The notes under the pieces were generated by a model. It was not told the DNA's origin. It was given only the letters and a program-made list of their open reading frames with translations, and made no database searches. Below, in pieces: positions 1 to 11,350 of a stretch of DNA of 64,000 bases. Origin of the DNA: Phoronis australis (lineage: Eukaryota; Animalia; Phoronida); assembly GCA_002633005.1 (NCBI GenBank), contig NMRA01000300.1, forward strand, positions 415,992 through 479,991. Direction: 5' to 3'. Position 1 is the first letter of the stretch, and each line of letters opens with the position of its first letter. Position numbers and translations under genes: made by a program.

Positions 1-169
1 GGCAAGCGCCTATGTGAGTATTTAAAAACTTGGCAAATGAATGAGGGCATTGGACGGTGTGAGAGCAAGACAGGTAGGCAGTGAAGGGTACGTGACCGTG
101 AAACGTTATGTTTGCCAAGTTTTGTTCATCGTAAACGTACGCGAGCCTAATTTTGTATTTTAGGATGCC

Positions 170-467
170 CTCCCAATCAGGGTTTGTCCCAATTGGTTAG
201 TACTGGAGCGAGAGGTATCGCGCCAGAGAAGTTTGGTGGAGACTAGGAGGGGAAGGGGGTGAGTCCCCGGAGAGGAGGTAAAACTCGAAAAAAATTGTCG
301 TCGTGAACAATGACGCATCTTCATCAAGCGATATTATAGAACAGAAAAGTGCTTTCCTGAGATCAGCAACAGCACGAATTGGAACTCCCGCGGTCACAAC
401 CTAACCCTCTGCAGTCTGGGATTACTCATGCCAGTCGATAAATAACAGTTTTAAGTATGTTTAACAG
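170..467 (+). promoter_or_regulatory. Candidate promoter and non-coding first exon of the CD225 gene
   Basis: Two CCAAT motifs (~173-195), then a purine-rich stretch ending at a donor AACAG|GTAAAG (467/468). A matching acceptor with branch point CACTAAC (1862-1868) and TTACAG ending at 1892 lies just upstream of the 1945 ATG. Linking the two is inference. Confidence 0.4.
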
Positions 468-1944
468 GTAAAGTTATCTGCCTAGATTCCCGCGAATGTG
501 GGGGAGACATTGGCGAGAATTTGTGGTTTATAATGAAATCACAGAAATACCACGGATTTTGTTGTGTTACAACTCTGGTCAGAATGTCTATCGAACTCGA
601 CAATAATCCCATAATACGCTTTTCGGTCATAAAACCGATGTTTTTTCTTAAACCAGTATGGAATTATTTTAGTTGTGAGATGTTATAATAATGTTCGCCT
701 GACGTGTTTTCAATTGATTATCAAAAACAAATGCAAGGCTGAGAATTTATGAGTTCAGTAGTTCATTCCAGTGCTTGTATAATTGGTAATGTGATGAACA
801 TAAAGACTAGTTGAACGGATGTTTGCTACTTGATTCCCTGATGTTGGTTATTAAAGGAATCCTTAAAGCGGTTATAAAACTGTTTGGGTGTAAAAAAGTT
901 CTTCATGAACGCATTTGCCTTTACTAAAGAGGGGCGTCGACACGTTTGCCTTCTGCAGTGTGGTCTGGGACCACGTGTTCAGCTTTTCCGTTTTCGAGTG
1001 TTGGCAACTAAACATAACTGTTTGCCGGGTCATTATCAAACCGAGTATTCAACAGAATTTCGTTTTCTCTCAGTCTGTGAACTGGTGTAGACAGGAAGCA
1101 CAAGGGACCATTCCAACCTTCGTTTTGTCACACACGTTGATGACTCACACAGTCAAACTGGATCGTGATTTCGGAGGCTTGACCCAGCTGTCGGATAGTT
1201 TTGATGATGGTGTTGAAATGACAGATGATTCCGATCCCTCGTGAACTTTATTTTCTGTCACTAGACTGCACATAGATAACCTATCACTAGTTTGCGCCTC
1301 AAATAATTATATGAAATCACTTCCATCGCTCTCCAACCATTAGCGCTGATAATGGCGTCAGTATTCTTAATACGTGTGTTGTTATCAAGGTGTACGATTT
1401 GTCGGTGTGATGTACACCATCATTTCCCGTTCCTCGCATGTCTCGCGGAAGATACGTGGAATTTCTAAGCAACAGGTTTCCATAAAAGATTACAACAGAT
1501 GTATATATAGCCATTAACCGAATTGTTTTATTCATAAGAAATTCGGCTAATAACCGGCATACCCGCACATCAAGTTTCGTCGAAAACGTTTCGATAGAAA
1601 GTGCATAAGTAAGAAATATCAGTGCATAATACACGAATCTCTCATATTTGGTACGTGGAAAGCCATTAATTCAGAAACAACCCCAAGGCGTTGAACGCAA
1701 ACTGAAGACATTTATCAGTGTCATTTAAGATTAAGAGACTGAACAGCTTGCATGCACCGCTGGTTTCCCGAGAACACACACGCATTCACTTAAACGCTTG
1801 CACAAATTGGTTTCATTGGGAGTAGATAGGGAGTCGTCATACTCTTCATGTCTGACATTTTCACTAACTGCAAATTGCAATATTTATTACAGAGACACAC
1901 CAGTTGGCTCGCCGATAGGATCAGCAGCTGACAACGGCTAAATC

Positions 1945-2511
1945 ATGGAAGACTGTGAAAGCAAAACGAACAATTCGCCAGCATTTTTAGAAAAACGCGG
2001 AGGGGAAGCTGAATATTTGCTTGAAGGTCAATGTCAATCTGATGCACCATACGGCGTGATATACTACGTCACAGAAACAAATGACTCAGAAAGCCACAAC
2101 AGCCCACCTGCTAAGCACCTGTTAGAGGATGGGCTATCGATACGAAATCAAGATCCTCCAAAAGCAAATAATCATAAGGAAACCATTGCAGGTTTCAAAA
2201 ATGCGACAAAGAACGAAGTCTCAGAAGTTCCAAAAACGGCGTCAATTAAGAAAGCTGAGAAGATGACGAACACTAAGATGAACCGTTCATTCGAATCCCA
2301 CATGGGGCTGGCGTTGTTAATTGCGTTTGTTTTTAATCCGCCTTTTGGTCTCATCGCTCTGTTGTGTGCATACTTAGCGAGGCGCGCGCATAGACGGGAC
2401 ATGATGACTTCCGCTGAAAGGTGGTCGGACAGTGCCTTAATGTTTGCAATGGGCGGTATGATGCTAACAAACATTCTCGCTATTGGAATCTGCGTATACA
2501 TGTTCTTATAA
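1945..2511 (+). CDS. CD225/dispanin (IFITM/PRRT-like) membrane protein, 188 aa, single coding exon
   Basis: Polar low-complexity N-terminus, then ESHMGLALLIAFVFNPPFGLIALLCAYLARRAHRRDMMTSAERWSDSALMFAMGGMMLTNILAIGICVYMFL. This has two hydrophobic segments, P-x-G-x-x-A and the A-x-x-x-S-x-x-A linker typical of CD225. Splice acceptor at 1892. Confidence 0.85.
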   Translation: MEDCESKTNNSPAFLEKRGGEAEYLLEGQCQSDAPYGVIYYVTETNDSESHNSPPAKHLLEDGLSIRNQDPPKANNHKETIAGFKNATKNEVSEVPKTASIKKAEKMTNTKMNRSFESHMGLALLIAFVFNPPFGLIALLCAYLARRAHRRDMMTSAERWSDSALMFAMGGMMLTNILAIGICVYMFL

Positions 2512-2729
2512 TGGGTTTAAGTTGACATTGAACGTTGACTGAAGTCGAAATTAACTGCAAGCACCTGAAAAACTTCACGAATCTGATATGTTGGGCAGAT
2601 TTTAAGCTAAAAACGGGCAATAGGGCCTAATCTGGCGATGATTTTCTATCTTTCGTTCTGCGCACCTTGACGTAGCTAGTATACTGGAGAATAGGTTCGT
2701 CATTGGTCTCTGGAAGCATTGCATATTAA

Positions 2730-3423
2730 ATGTTCACTTACTTAGAGACGTGGTTGGTTGTTGGCAGACGTTTCGAGCTGGTCCGCCAGGTCGAATGAGG
2801 GATTTCCCGCCTTACGCTCGTTAAGAATGCTGGAGTACACGGGGGTAGGTGGAGTCCTCTGTCTCGGTTCAAGAGGGGATGCTGACTGTTGATGTTTATG
2901 TGGGGTCATATACCAGTTGGAATGTGACCAAGATCCCAACCACACCTACATTGGAGAAACCAAGAGACCGTTCCTTACCAGATTCAAAGAACATCTGAAA
3001 CTAGACAGACCAACAGCCGTGGGAGAACATATTTTGGCGACTGGGCACACCATCTCTCTTGAATCATCCAGGATCCTAGCCAAGGAACAAAATTGGTACA
3101 CTCGTAAGCTCAAATAGGCCANAGATCCCACGGCTGTTGGTCTGTCTAGTTTCAGATGTTCTTTGAATCTGGTAAGGAACGGTCTCTTGGTTTCTCCAAT
3201 GTAGGTGTGGTTGGGATCTTGGTCACATTCCAGCTGGTATATGACCCCACATAAACATCAACAGTCAGCGCCCCCTCTTGAACCGAGACAGAGGACTCCA
3301 CGTACCCCCGTGTACTCCAGCATTCTTAACGAGCGTAAGGCGGGAAATCCCTCATTCGACCTGGCGGACCAGGTCGAAACGTCTGCCAACAACCAACTAC
3401 GTCTCTAAGTAAATGAACATTTT
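2730..3423. mobile_element. Truncated Penelope-like retroelement: GIY-YIG endonuclease C-terminus with inverted 3' end (pLTR)
   Basis: + strand ~2898-3120 reads CGVIYQLECDQDPNHTYIGETKRPFLTRFKEH...TAVGEHILATGH...RKLK*A. The continuation INI-NSQRPLLNRDRGLHVP is at ~3251-3310 (+) and inverted at ~2840-2898. 2730-3023 is the reverse complement of 3128-3423 with a few mismatches. Confidence 0.88.
3358..3383 (+). ncRNA. Remnant of a Penelope-type minimal hammerhead ribozyme (stem II + GAAAC + GUC); inverted copy at ~2767-2792
   Basis: GACCTGG-CGGA-CCAGGTC hairpin immediately followed by GAAAC-GTC, located just after the GIY-YIG ORF. The CUGANGA box is missing here, deleted relative to the 57114 copy, so it is probably inactive. 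Confidence 0.5.
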
Positions 3424-6400
3424 ATATACAGTAGCAAGTATAGTAACGTAGATAACCTAAAGTACTTACACTTAGTTTGTCCCTTATAAGCAGTCCGTTC
3501 TATGTTCGGAAGCTTGAAAAATTTTATTTTTAGTCAAGTTTAGCGAAAAATCTGATTAAACAGTCTAATTAAACAGTTCAGTCTCGTGCAGATAGGACCC
3601 TGGTTGCCCGGTAAGCTAACAGGTGCTACGCGGTGTGGCTTTGCCTGCATGGTATTAGCTGTCAATTCATGCCTTCCAATTGACACTGACAGTTTCAATT
3701 TGATTTGCTACCAGCTAATTATATACGGCTACAGTTAAACCTACTATAAGGTCTGGCGATCACTATGATATCCACTCGCCACGAAATGCGACTTGGCAAA
3801 ACTGTCCAGGTGGTAGACTGAGAAATGAGCTCGCCGAAACAACAAAACCAATTCGTCAAAGCATGGAAACCTCCTTTGCAGCAATGCAGCTCTCGTGGCG
3901 TTTTCTCCATTTCATTCGAACGGGGAAAATGGATACGTCGTGATTTTCTCGCACCTTCACCCGCTCTACTCTGACGTACACTTTATTCGGAGGATGCACC
4001 CATTCAGTGCACATAAAAGTCTAGGGGCCATGGTCGGGCCTTGCCGGTCAAAAATAATAAAATAATACTTGGAAGTCAACACAAATTTCTGATTTATCTG
4101 ACCTTATTCTTCTGTCTTGGTTGTATTTTACAAAAATCCGGCGACTTCGTGACAATTTGGAAATTTTTACCACGGAACCAAACGAGCATGCTAAAGACTG
4201 CAGCAACTGTGGACCACCATTTAAAGCCTACATGTAACTTCAAAGGAATTTTGTTACTTTAGATGTATTAGGCTAACCAGATAGTCCTAACACACGTCAT
4301 ATATCTATATGGGTGGAAAATAAAATTCTGCTTAAGGTCACCTTGAACAAAATTTCAAGTTCCAATGAGGATGTTCTGTTTATATCCGGGACGTAGCACT
4401 GCCGTAGGTTCCTAAAAATTCCCGAATTTTCATAAATGATTTATTTTATAATGTGCAAATAAGTTCCAGTCGGAATTAGAAATCTCGAGTTTAAACAGAG
4501 CCTGTCCGAATCGATAGGGGGTCATCGAGTGCGAATTTGGACTATACAGTCAGTGCGTAAGTAACACAGTATATTAGATATTTATATTGAGTTCGCATTA
4601 TAAGAGAACAGGAAAAGTCAATAATATTTTCGTATTCGATTTCGAGTAAAAAGATAAGACACAAGCACTGATCACACTGAAGTACATCCTGTCACGTACA
4701 AACCAAAGACAATGAATACGTGTAGGAATAAAGCTGCGCAGGTTGTCTGTGACGTCACCGGTTTTTTACAAGTCGACAACCGCATCGCAATACCCTTGCA
4801 AAATGATAGCATGTCGTAGATGAAATCCCACGAATTACTGCTCAGGCGCTTGATGTTTTGCTACGACAGAAACTTTACGGATGTCTAATAGCATCTGTGC
4901 TTCAAAATGTGTGCTTTAAAAATTGGATTTGAAAACTAGAGGATTCAAATGAGCTATGTTGATTTGGAATGCTAAGCCCAAGAACATGTATACAATACAG
5001 CGACGAGAATTTTGTTACGAGTTTTCAGTAGACGCGGAGGACATTTGAGGTTATGATATACATCTACAAGGCAACCGGCAATATATCTTTTAAACAAGAT
5101 TTTGCTTGCCATTTACTTCATCGAATAGTGCAATTTATGTCTGACTTCGTTTTCACCAGCGCTTACTTTCGCGAGGTCAGCGGTTATAACAGGCAATTGA
5201 GCCATCATTTATTACGGTAAAACAGTCTTAATGTTTTCACCGATCGTACATTGCCAACTTACTCGTTAGCTTCAGTCAAGACTTCACACGGTTCCAATTA
5301 ACAGTTCGTCCAATTTGCACATGAACATTTCGTTAATTTCTTCGATCTACGCAAACCCGGAAGCTCCCGCATAGTAGGTGCAAGCGTGTGTGACAAGCAG
5401 TTCAGAGATGAGGCTCCATTCACGCGGTTTTCCCCGCTAAAGACGAGTTTCCTTGAATGAGTCACCCGTGAAAGTTTTTTTCTGGCTACAAACTGCGTAT
5501 TTGAAACTCAATTTTAACTGTTTTAATTTGTCAACATCTGGCGTTATCTAGGGCCAATATTGTGGGCCGGAGTCTTCGATCTCTATTAAACCAAAGTACT
5601 CAGCGGAATCTTGGAAATGGAGAACTCCGAGTGGGATCTGACTAAGCATTGTTCAATTTGGTTTCAAAAGAGTCCCGGTAGGTGGTGTTGAATTTGCGGT
5701 CAACTTAGTTGCTCGTTTCCGTCTATTCCCAACCCTTTTCATCAAAAAATACAAGTCACATATAGGACAAGTTTTTGTTTATCAAATACTCTCTAAAATT
5801 ACACAATCGCTTAGAAAGTGTTCTTTTTAAAGGCGAAGGCAACCTTTTTCCATGTCATTTTGAGCTAAAATAAGGTTGGTTGGTTATCCTAGACATATTT
5901 TTCACTTAATTACAGCTTTTCGTAATTTTATTAATTACTCGTCCGCTTTTCCGGAAGTGACGTTTTAGGAGGCAAGCGCTTCCCGCCACTTGGTTTTGCG
6001 TTGAGCTTACTGTGCGAATCTGTTCTATTCTACTTTTGTTTTGTGCTATTTTTCACCAATTGTCGCCACCACTTTCCATCGGCGAGTATTCTGCGGCAAG
6101 ATAGNTAAACCCCCTGAACCCCCCCTGTAGATCCGCCTCTGCGTAATATTGATAGGATACTATTTCCGGTCTTGGCCAACCCTAAAATTCTTCATTCAAA
6201 AATGACAGCTGTGAGCATTGGCCAGTGATTTGAGTTGGTGACGGTCAATAGCAATTGAGAACGATTTGATTAGAGTCAGTGTTGTAATTCTGTTTCCGTT
6301 TTTAACGAGCTAAACAGGGCGAAATGAAACTTCATTTACTTCCTATAAGTCACGAGAATGGATTTCAGCGAGTAACTTCCATCCAACGGCGACAGTAACT

Positions 6401-7744
6401 TGTAAGAAAATCACAAAAATAAGGAATTTTGGAGTGTTCGCTCTGATCAAAGCTAATTATTTGAACAAACCCAATCCTACAAATTTAGTAGGCTTTTCTC
6501 TGACAGTGTGTACGAACAATTTGTTGTCATACATGCAATAACGTGCTGTCATGGAGATCTGCTAATATGAAATACAAAAACGTCAAGCTTAAACTCAAAT
6601 TAAGTTGTTTCACCTCGCAAAATCGACCTTTCATTACATGTGAGAATTATTATTTCATTTGCAAAATCTAAGCATTTACTTATTAATAGGAATTCCTTAA
6701 CCCGTAAAGAAATATTTTGCTTTCCTACCTGGGGTGAGGGGGTCAAAATATTATACAGCCGATCCTACAGACAGTCCTCCATTTAGAAGACCATTGATAT
6801 TCAAAAGATATAATTGCTTGAAGTCATCCATGTATAAAACTGGACATCGTGCACTCCTCAACAGCATATCAAAGGCTTATAAGCGAGTCCCGAACATCAC
6901 AAATATCTCTAAGTGCGCGCATGGCTTTTCGTCAATCCGCAAAGTGGCGAAACTCGACACAGCGACAATAGAATTAGTTTTACAAACATGGTACCTCCTT
7001 GCTGAAAATAAATCAACTATGACTGTAAATGAAGTTTTCCTAGTCAGGTTTTCAAATCTGGAACCTGACAAAATAAAGTGCCATCGGTCAGTAACGCGAC
7101 GTAACGACACCAAAGTAGCAAACTTATTTATCAGTGCTTACCACTGAAGCAACCAAAATACATGTAAAATGACCGTTAATACGCTCTGGTTAACAAGATG
7201 TTAAATTATTCGTCCAAAGTATGTAAATTTTATGCTAATGTTAAAGGTGCTGTGTGTCATTAAGACCGTGAATATATACATTTCTAGCAGGCGCCACCTA
7301 GTGACTTCCTGGAGAACTGTGTGTTGACGTATAATCTGGACAAGAAACAATTTGTAAATAAATTGCGATCTTAAAGAAAACACCACAATTGATCACTTAA
7401 AAACATATAAAAACCCTAGTTAATTGAAGCATTACGCAATCGTTATTTCATAGTGAAATGAAGAAATAAAAAAAACTATGCCTTTTATTAGGGTAACGAT
7501 GACTAATTACCATATTCATTTACATAAATTAGTCTCGCAAAATGAAACTTTCGCGAGATTGTAATGGTAATTAACGGGTTCTCGGATGGTTTCCGGCACA
7601 CCGGAAGACCCGAGTTGTGTGTAAACAAGTACTTCATTCGCACATTCACAACTTAATGAGTCACTCAGAATAGTTGGCACACATCCTGACTAGTATATCG
7701 CTGCCTCGGACATGATATCAGTACGTAAATAAATGCTGAATTTA

Positions 7745-8101
7745 CACGGGTGATTAACAACATGACCGCCGGTCCTCTAAATCGGACTGACTCACCCAAA
7801 AGAGGACCTACGGAGATCAAATGGGACCGTCGCACCAGAAAATGGGACCGACGCACCTAAAAACATGACCGCCCCACCAAAAAACAGGACCACCGGGGAC
7901 TTGTTTGTCACTGCGGTTTCAATCCCAGGCGGTCATGTTCAGTCCCCGGCGCCTATCCTGTTTTCTGGTGGGGCGGTCATGTTTTTAGGTGCGTCAGTCC
8001 CATTTTCTGGTGCGACGGTCCCATTTGATCCCCGGAGGCCCTGTTTTGGGTGAGTCGGTCCGATTTAAGAGGACCGGCAGTCATGTTGTTTCTCACCCGT
8101 G
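7745..8101. mobile_element. Palindromic MITE with ~145-bp TIRs, CAC...GTG termini and 5-bp TSD ATTTA (Transib/CMC-like)
   Basis: 7745-~7890 (CACGGGTGATTAACAACATGACCGCCGGTCCTC...) is the imperfect reverse complement of ~7956-8101. ATTTA flanks both ends (7740-7744 and 8102-8106). Confidence 0.85.
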
Positions 8102-11100
8102 ATTTATGTCTCGTCATACAATCACATACCACGCATATTACGCAGTTGTCATTGACGACTCCATTACGATGTCCAAACTTCGGCTTTACCGACATAGCTC
8201 AATAAGCAAAACCTCTTAATGAAGTATACTGCTGCCAACCAAGGCCCTTTCATACTAACTTCTTAGCGTCGATGTTTTGGGGAGTTGCGGTCAGTACCGA
8301 AGAACAGGGCCATATAAATTCGCCGTAAACTGTTGAATTCATAGGTGGCACAGCCCTGAAATAGGTGGGGGGGCTACATCCCCCAACCCCTATGGTGCGC
8401 CGCCCATGTGTCCATTGGCGGTAGAGCAGTGCAATAAGTGGGAAGCTGTAGCTCCCCCCCAGTCCCCCATGGTGCACCGCCATTGGGATTTAACAGCGGA
8501 GCATCGACGCTGCGGTGCGGTTATCATCGATTCCCGTTTCATCGAAGCTCATGACAGCGTTTTCCCGTTCAGTGACTTTACCAGACGTAAGGGGTTCTGA
8601 GCGTGTGATAACATCGAGCTTCTTTGTTAACTGCCAAGCACAGTCTTTTGTCTGTAATGACAACAAGCAGGCCACTTATCTACCAGGCTTATTACAGACC
8701 ACGTGTGAACACAGTCAAACTCGAGTGAATTGGTGTATTCGGAAAGAATAGATTGTCGTAACTTCGGTTGCAGTTGGGCGATTTTGGCGATTCAAAAACT
8801 GAACATGATAACCATTTGACGAAAATTTCAAAAATGCTATTGGTTTATGTTCAAATATGTTATAACATAACTTTTATTTTTAACAGCACAGCCCAGCCAG
8901 GGTAGATACGATCTTATTGGAGATTAGAGCAGTTGTCGAACAAAAGAGTTGGCCCTCCAACCCGAAATGCTAGAATGGAGTTACTCAGTCGTGTAAGATA
9001 TTGGCTACTGGGGTAAACTTCCCAACTTGTTGTTGGGCTATAGAATCGAACAAGTGGGGAGCAACAGGAAAGCGCCGTAATATATCGCCAGGGTCCACTG
9101 CTATCGTCAACAGTTAAGGGCACTGTCGTCGCTAATAGCTCCTATACTTTGGTTTGAATAATCACCAATAGAATTAAGATTAAGTTTTATGTCAGTCAGC
9201 ACACGCAAATGGTCTCTAATTAACGCCTTGAAAAAATCTTAGCACCCTACCTTGCGATTGGTTCAATGACGACAGCGTCACCTACTGTTTACTTCGATGC
9301 CGTTGAATACCATAGCTGGTATGGACGATTAACTTTGCAGTTGACATCGACACTCCGCAAGCAGTAGGATCTAATCGTAACACTTTGGCTATTTTCGTAG
9401 CCTCAAATTTACCCTCAGAGTTGAACGTTTTTGCACGTGTGCGATCTTCAGTCAAGCAGAAAGTAAGGTGACTTTCAAACGGGAGTGACTGACCGCATGA
9501 TTTAAGTCTGCACATGTGCAGATAAATGTGAGACTACAAAAATAGCCGTTCTTTATTCTAAAGGACCGTCTGCACAATTCCCGGGACCAAATCAGCGGCC
9601 AAGGACGAAACCATTGATGTCTTAGCTTTCTTGACTTTCTTTCTGTCTTAGTAACTATTGTCGTATGATAATTATTTTCTTTAGTTGTTACTTAAAGTGT
9701 CTCATGAGTTTTGAAATGCTAATCATCAAAGCTCATCAGATAAAAGACATTGACCTCGCGCATGACATATATGTTCATCTAAAATTGCCTAAGCGCACCA
9801 TGGTATTAACTTATCCACCTCCTGTACGTACGTGCATCATTCAATCGTTCACCGGCCACCTGTTGCAGTGCAAAGATAGTGACGTGAAATGAACCACTGG
9901 TGTCATCTGTTGGGTGCGACACTTGTTCGCAGCAAATTGAACAAGTTGAACCCGGGGGATATTTTGCAGAAGTTTTATCTTCAACAATTATTGACGTAGC
10001 CATAAGAAATAAGGCTATCTTGATAAAGAAAGCTACTTTGCTGAAGTAAGCGCAGGTGGAGAAACAATGATGCATTTGTGTTTTAATTCTGTTAAACGTG
10101 AGGGTTTCAAACATCAAAATTAGTCGCATTGGCCGATTTTCAAGAGTAATGAACTTCCAAATCGTTTAGGCGAAGTACATGCCCGTCTCATCGACTGTCC
10201 CCAATCACCCGAACTGTCTATACATACGCACATTTTGGGATCTTGTGAGCCAAACGCCATATGTACACAGTGGGAGTTGAATTCGAATCGTCCTGAGAAC
10301 AAATATTTTTGAAATTTTAGATGTAGTTTTGGTAAGTCCGAGTTGCCCACCATCGAAGCTGTAACTATTCATCAATCATCTTCACCTGCAATCGAACACA
10401 AGTGCATATCAAATTGACATAACCTTAAATTTGCGCTTGGTAAATAGTTGTACTGAGTGACTTGTTGGTTACGCTAAAATAATTTAATGTTATCCTTTTA
10501 GTTGCCGACCATTGCTGAAAATACAAGATAAGTTAACATATTCCTCAGTGCGTGTCTAAGTTGACTCACATCTGAACACCTTTTATTATATTTTATTATT
10601 TTTAAAGACGCAATAAACAGCAATCTAATACTAAAGAACCGCCTATCGTCACAGTCGTGTTTACTCTTCCAATGCAACGTCATCTTGTCATAGTTATACT
10701 TGGAATTGAAGACAAATCGCCTGCAACTCTACCTTGGCGACTCGAAACTAACCAGCTATGGCAAGCAACTTCACGGCCCTGGTCTGGAACACTGGGGACT
10801 TGTGAGCTGTTCTCAAAACTGGAAACAATATCTAATCTAAGTAAGGTACCAGATGAGGCCGATATTTGCATCGAGATTATTGACCTAGTTAAGTCTTATT
10901 TTTAAGCTCTTGTAAGGAGAAAAAAGGGTTGATTGGAGAGTAGAAAATTCAAAGTTCAACAGTCGCGCCCTAAATCACCAATAGACGCTGTTTCATGACT
11001 TAGTATTGGATGTTTATTGTAAAAATATCTAGACTAATAGTATTTGGCTCTGACAAGTGACCCCACCTGACGGTGGAGCTGGGTTCACCATAATGTACAT

Positions 11101-11280
11101 GTCATTATGGAGGTTACATTTATGAGATCTAGACAAAATAACTTGAGTCCTAAGATATCGCAAAGAAACTGCAAATAAAACTGTACAAAACATATTTACG
11201 CAAATGCCTAAACATTGAATCAATAACAGCTTCACGATAAAAATGAGATAAGACTTTATCGGACGAGGTCTGTCTCGGAG

Positions 11281-11287
11281 TATAAAT
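11281..11287 (+). promoter_or_regulatory. TATA box of the AmFPI-1/thyroglobulin gene
   Basis: TATAAAT 70 bp upstream of the signal-peptide ATG at 11351. Confidence 0.55.
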
Positions 11288-11350
11288 ACCACGACTAACG
11301 CGTGTCGGCTAACAGAAAACTTTCGTTTCTTTTATCTGCTATCGAATACT

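Noticed and set aside
6734-7147. 137-aa ORF and many other 60-130-aa ORFs in the track
   Set aside because: No recognisable domains or splice context and mostly non-ATG starts; expected by chance in this sequence.
8495-8560. HRRCGAVIIDSRFI resembles the trypsin-family CG(A/G)xII motif
   Set aside because: No TAAHC follows and no other protease exons were found nearby; likely chance.
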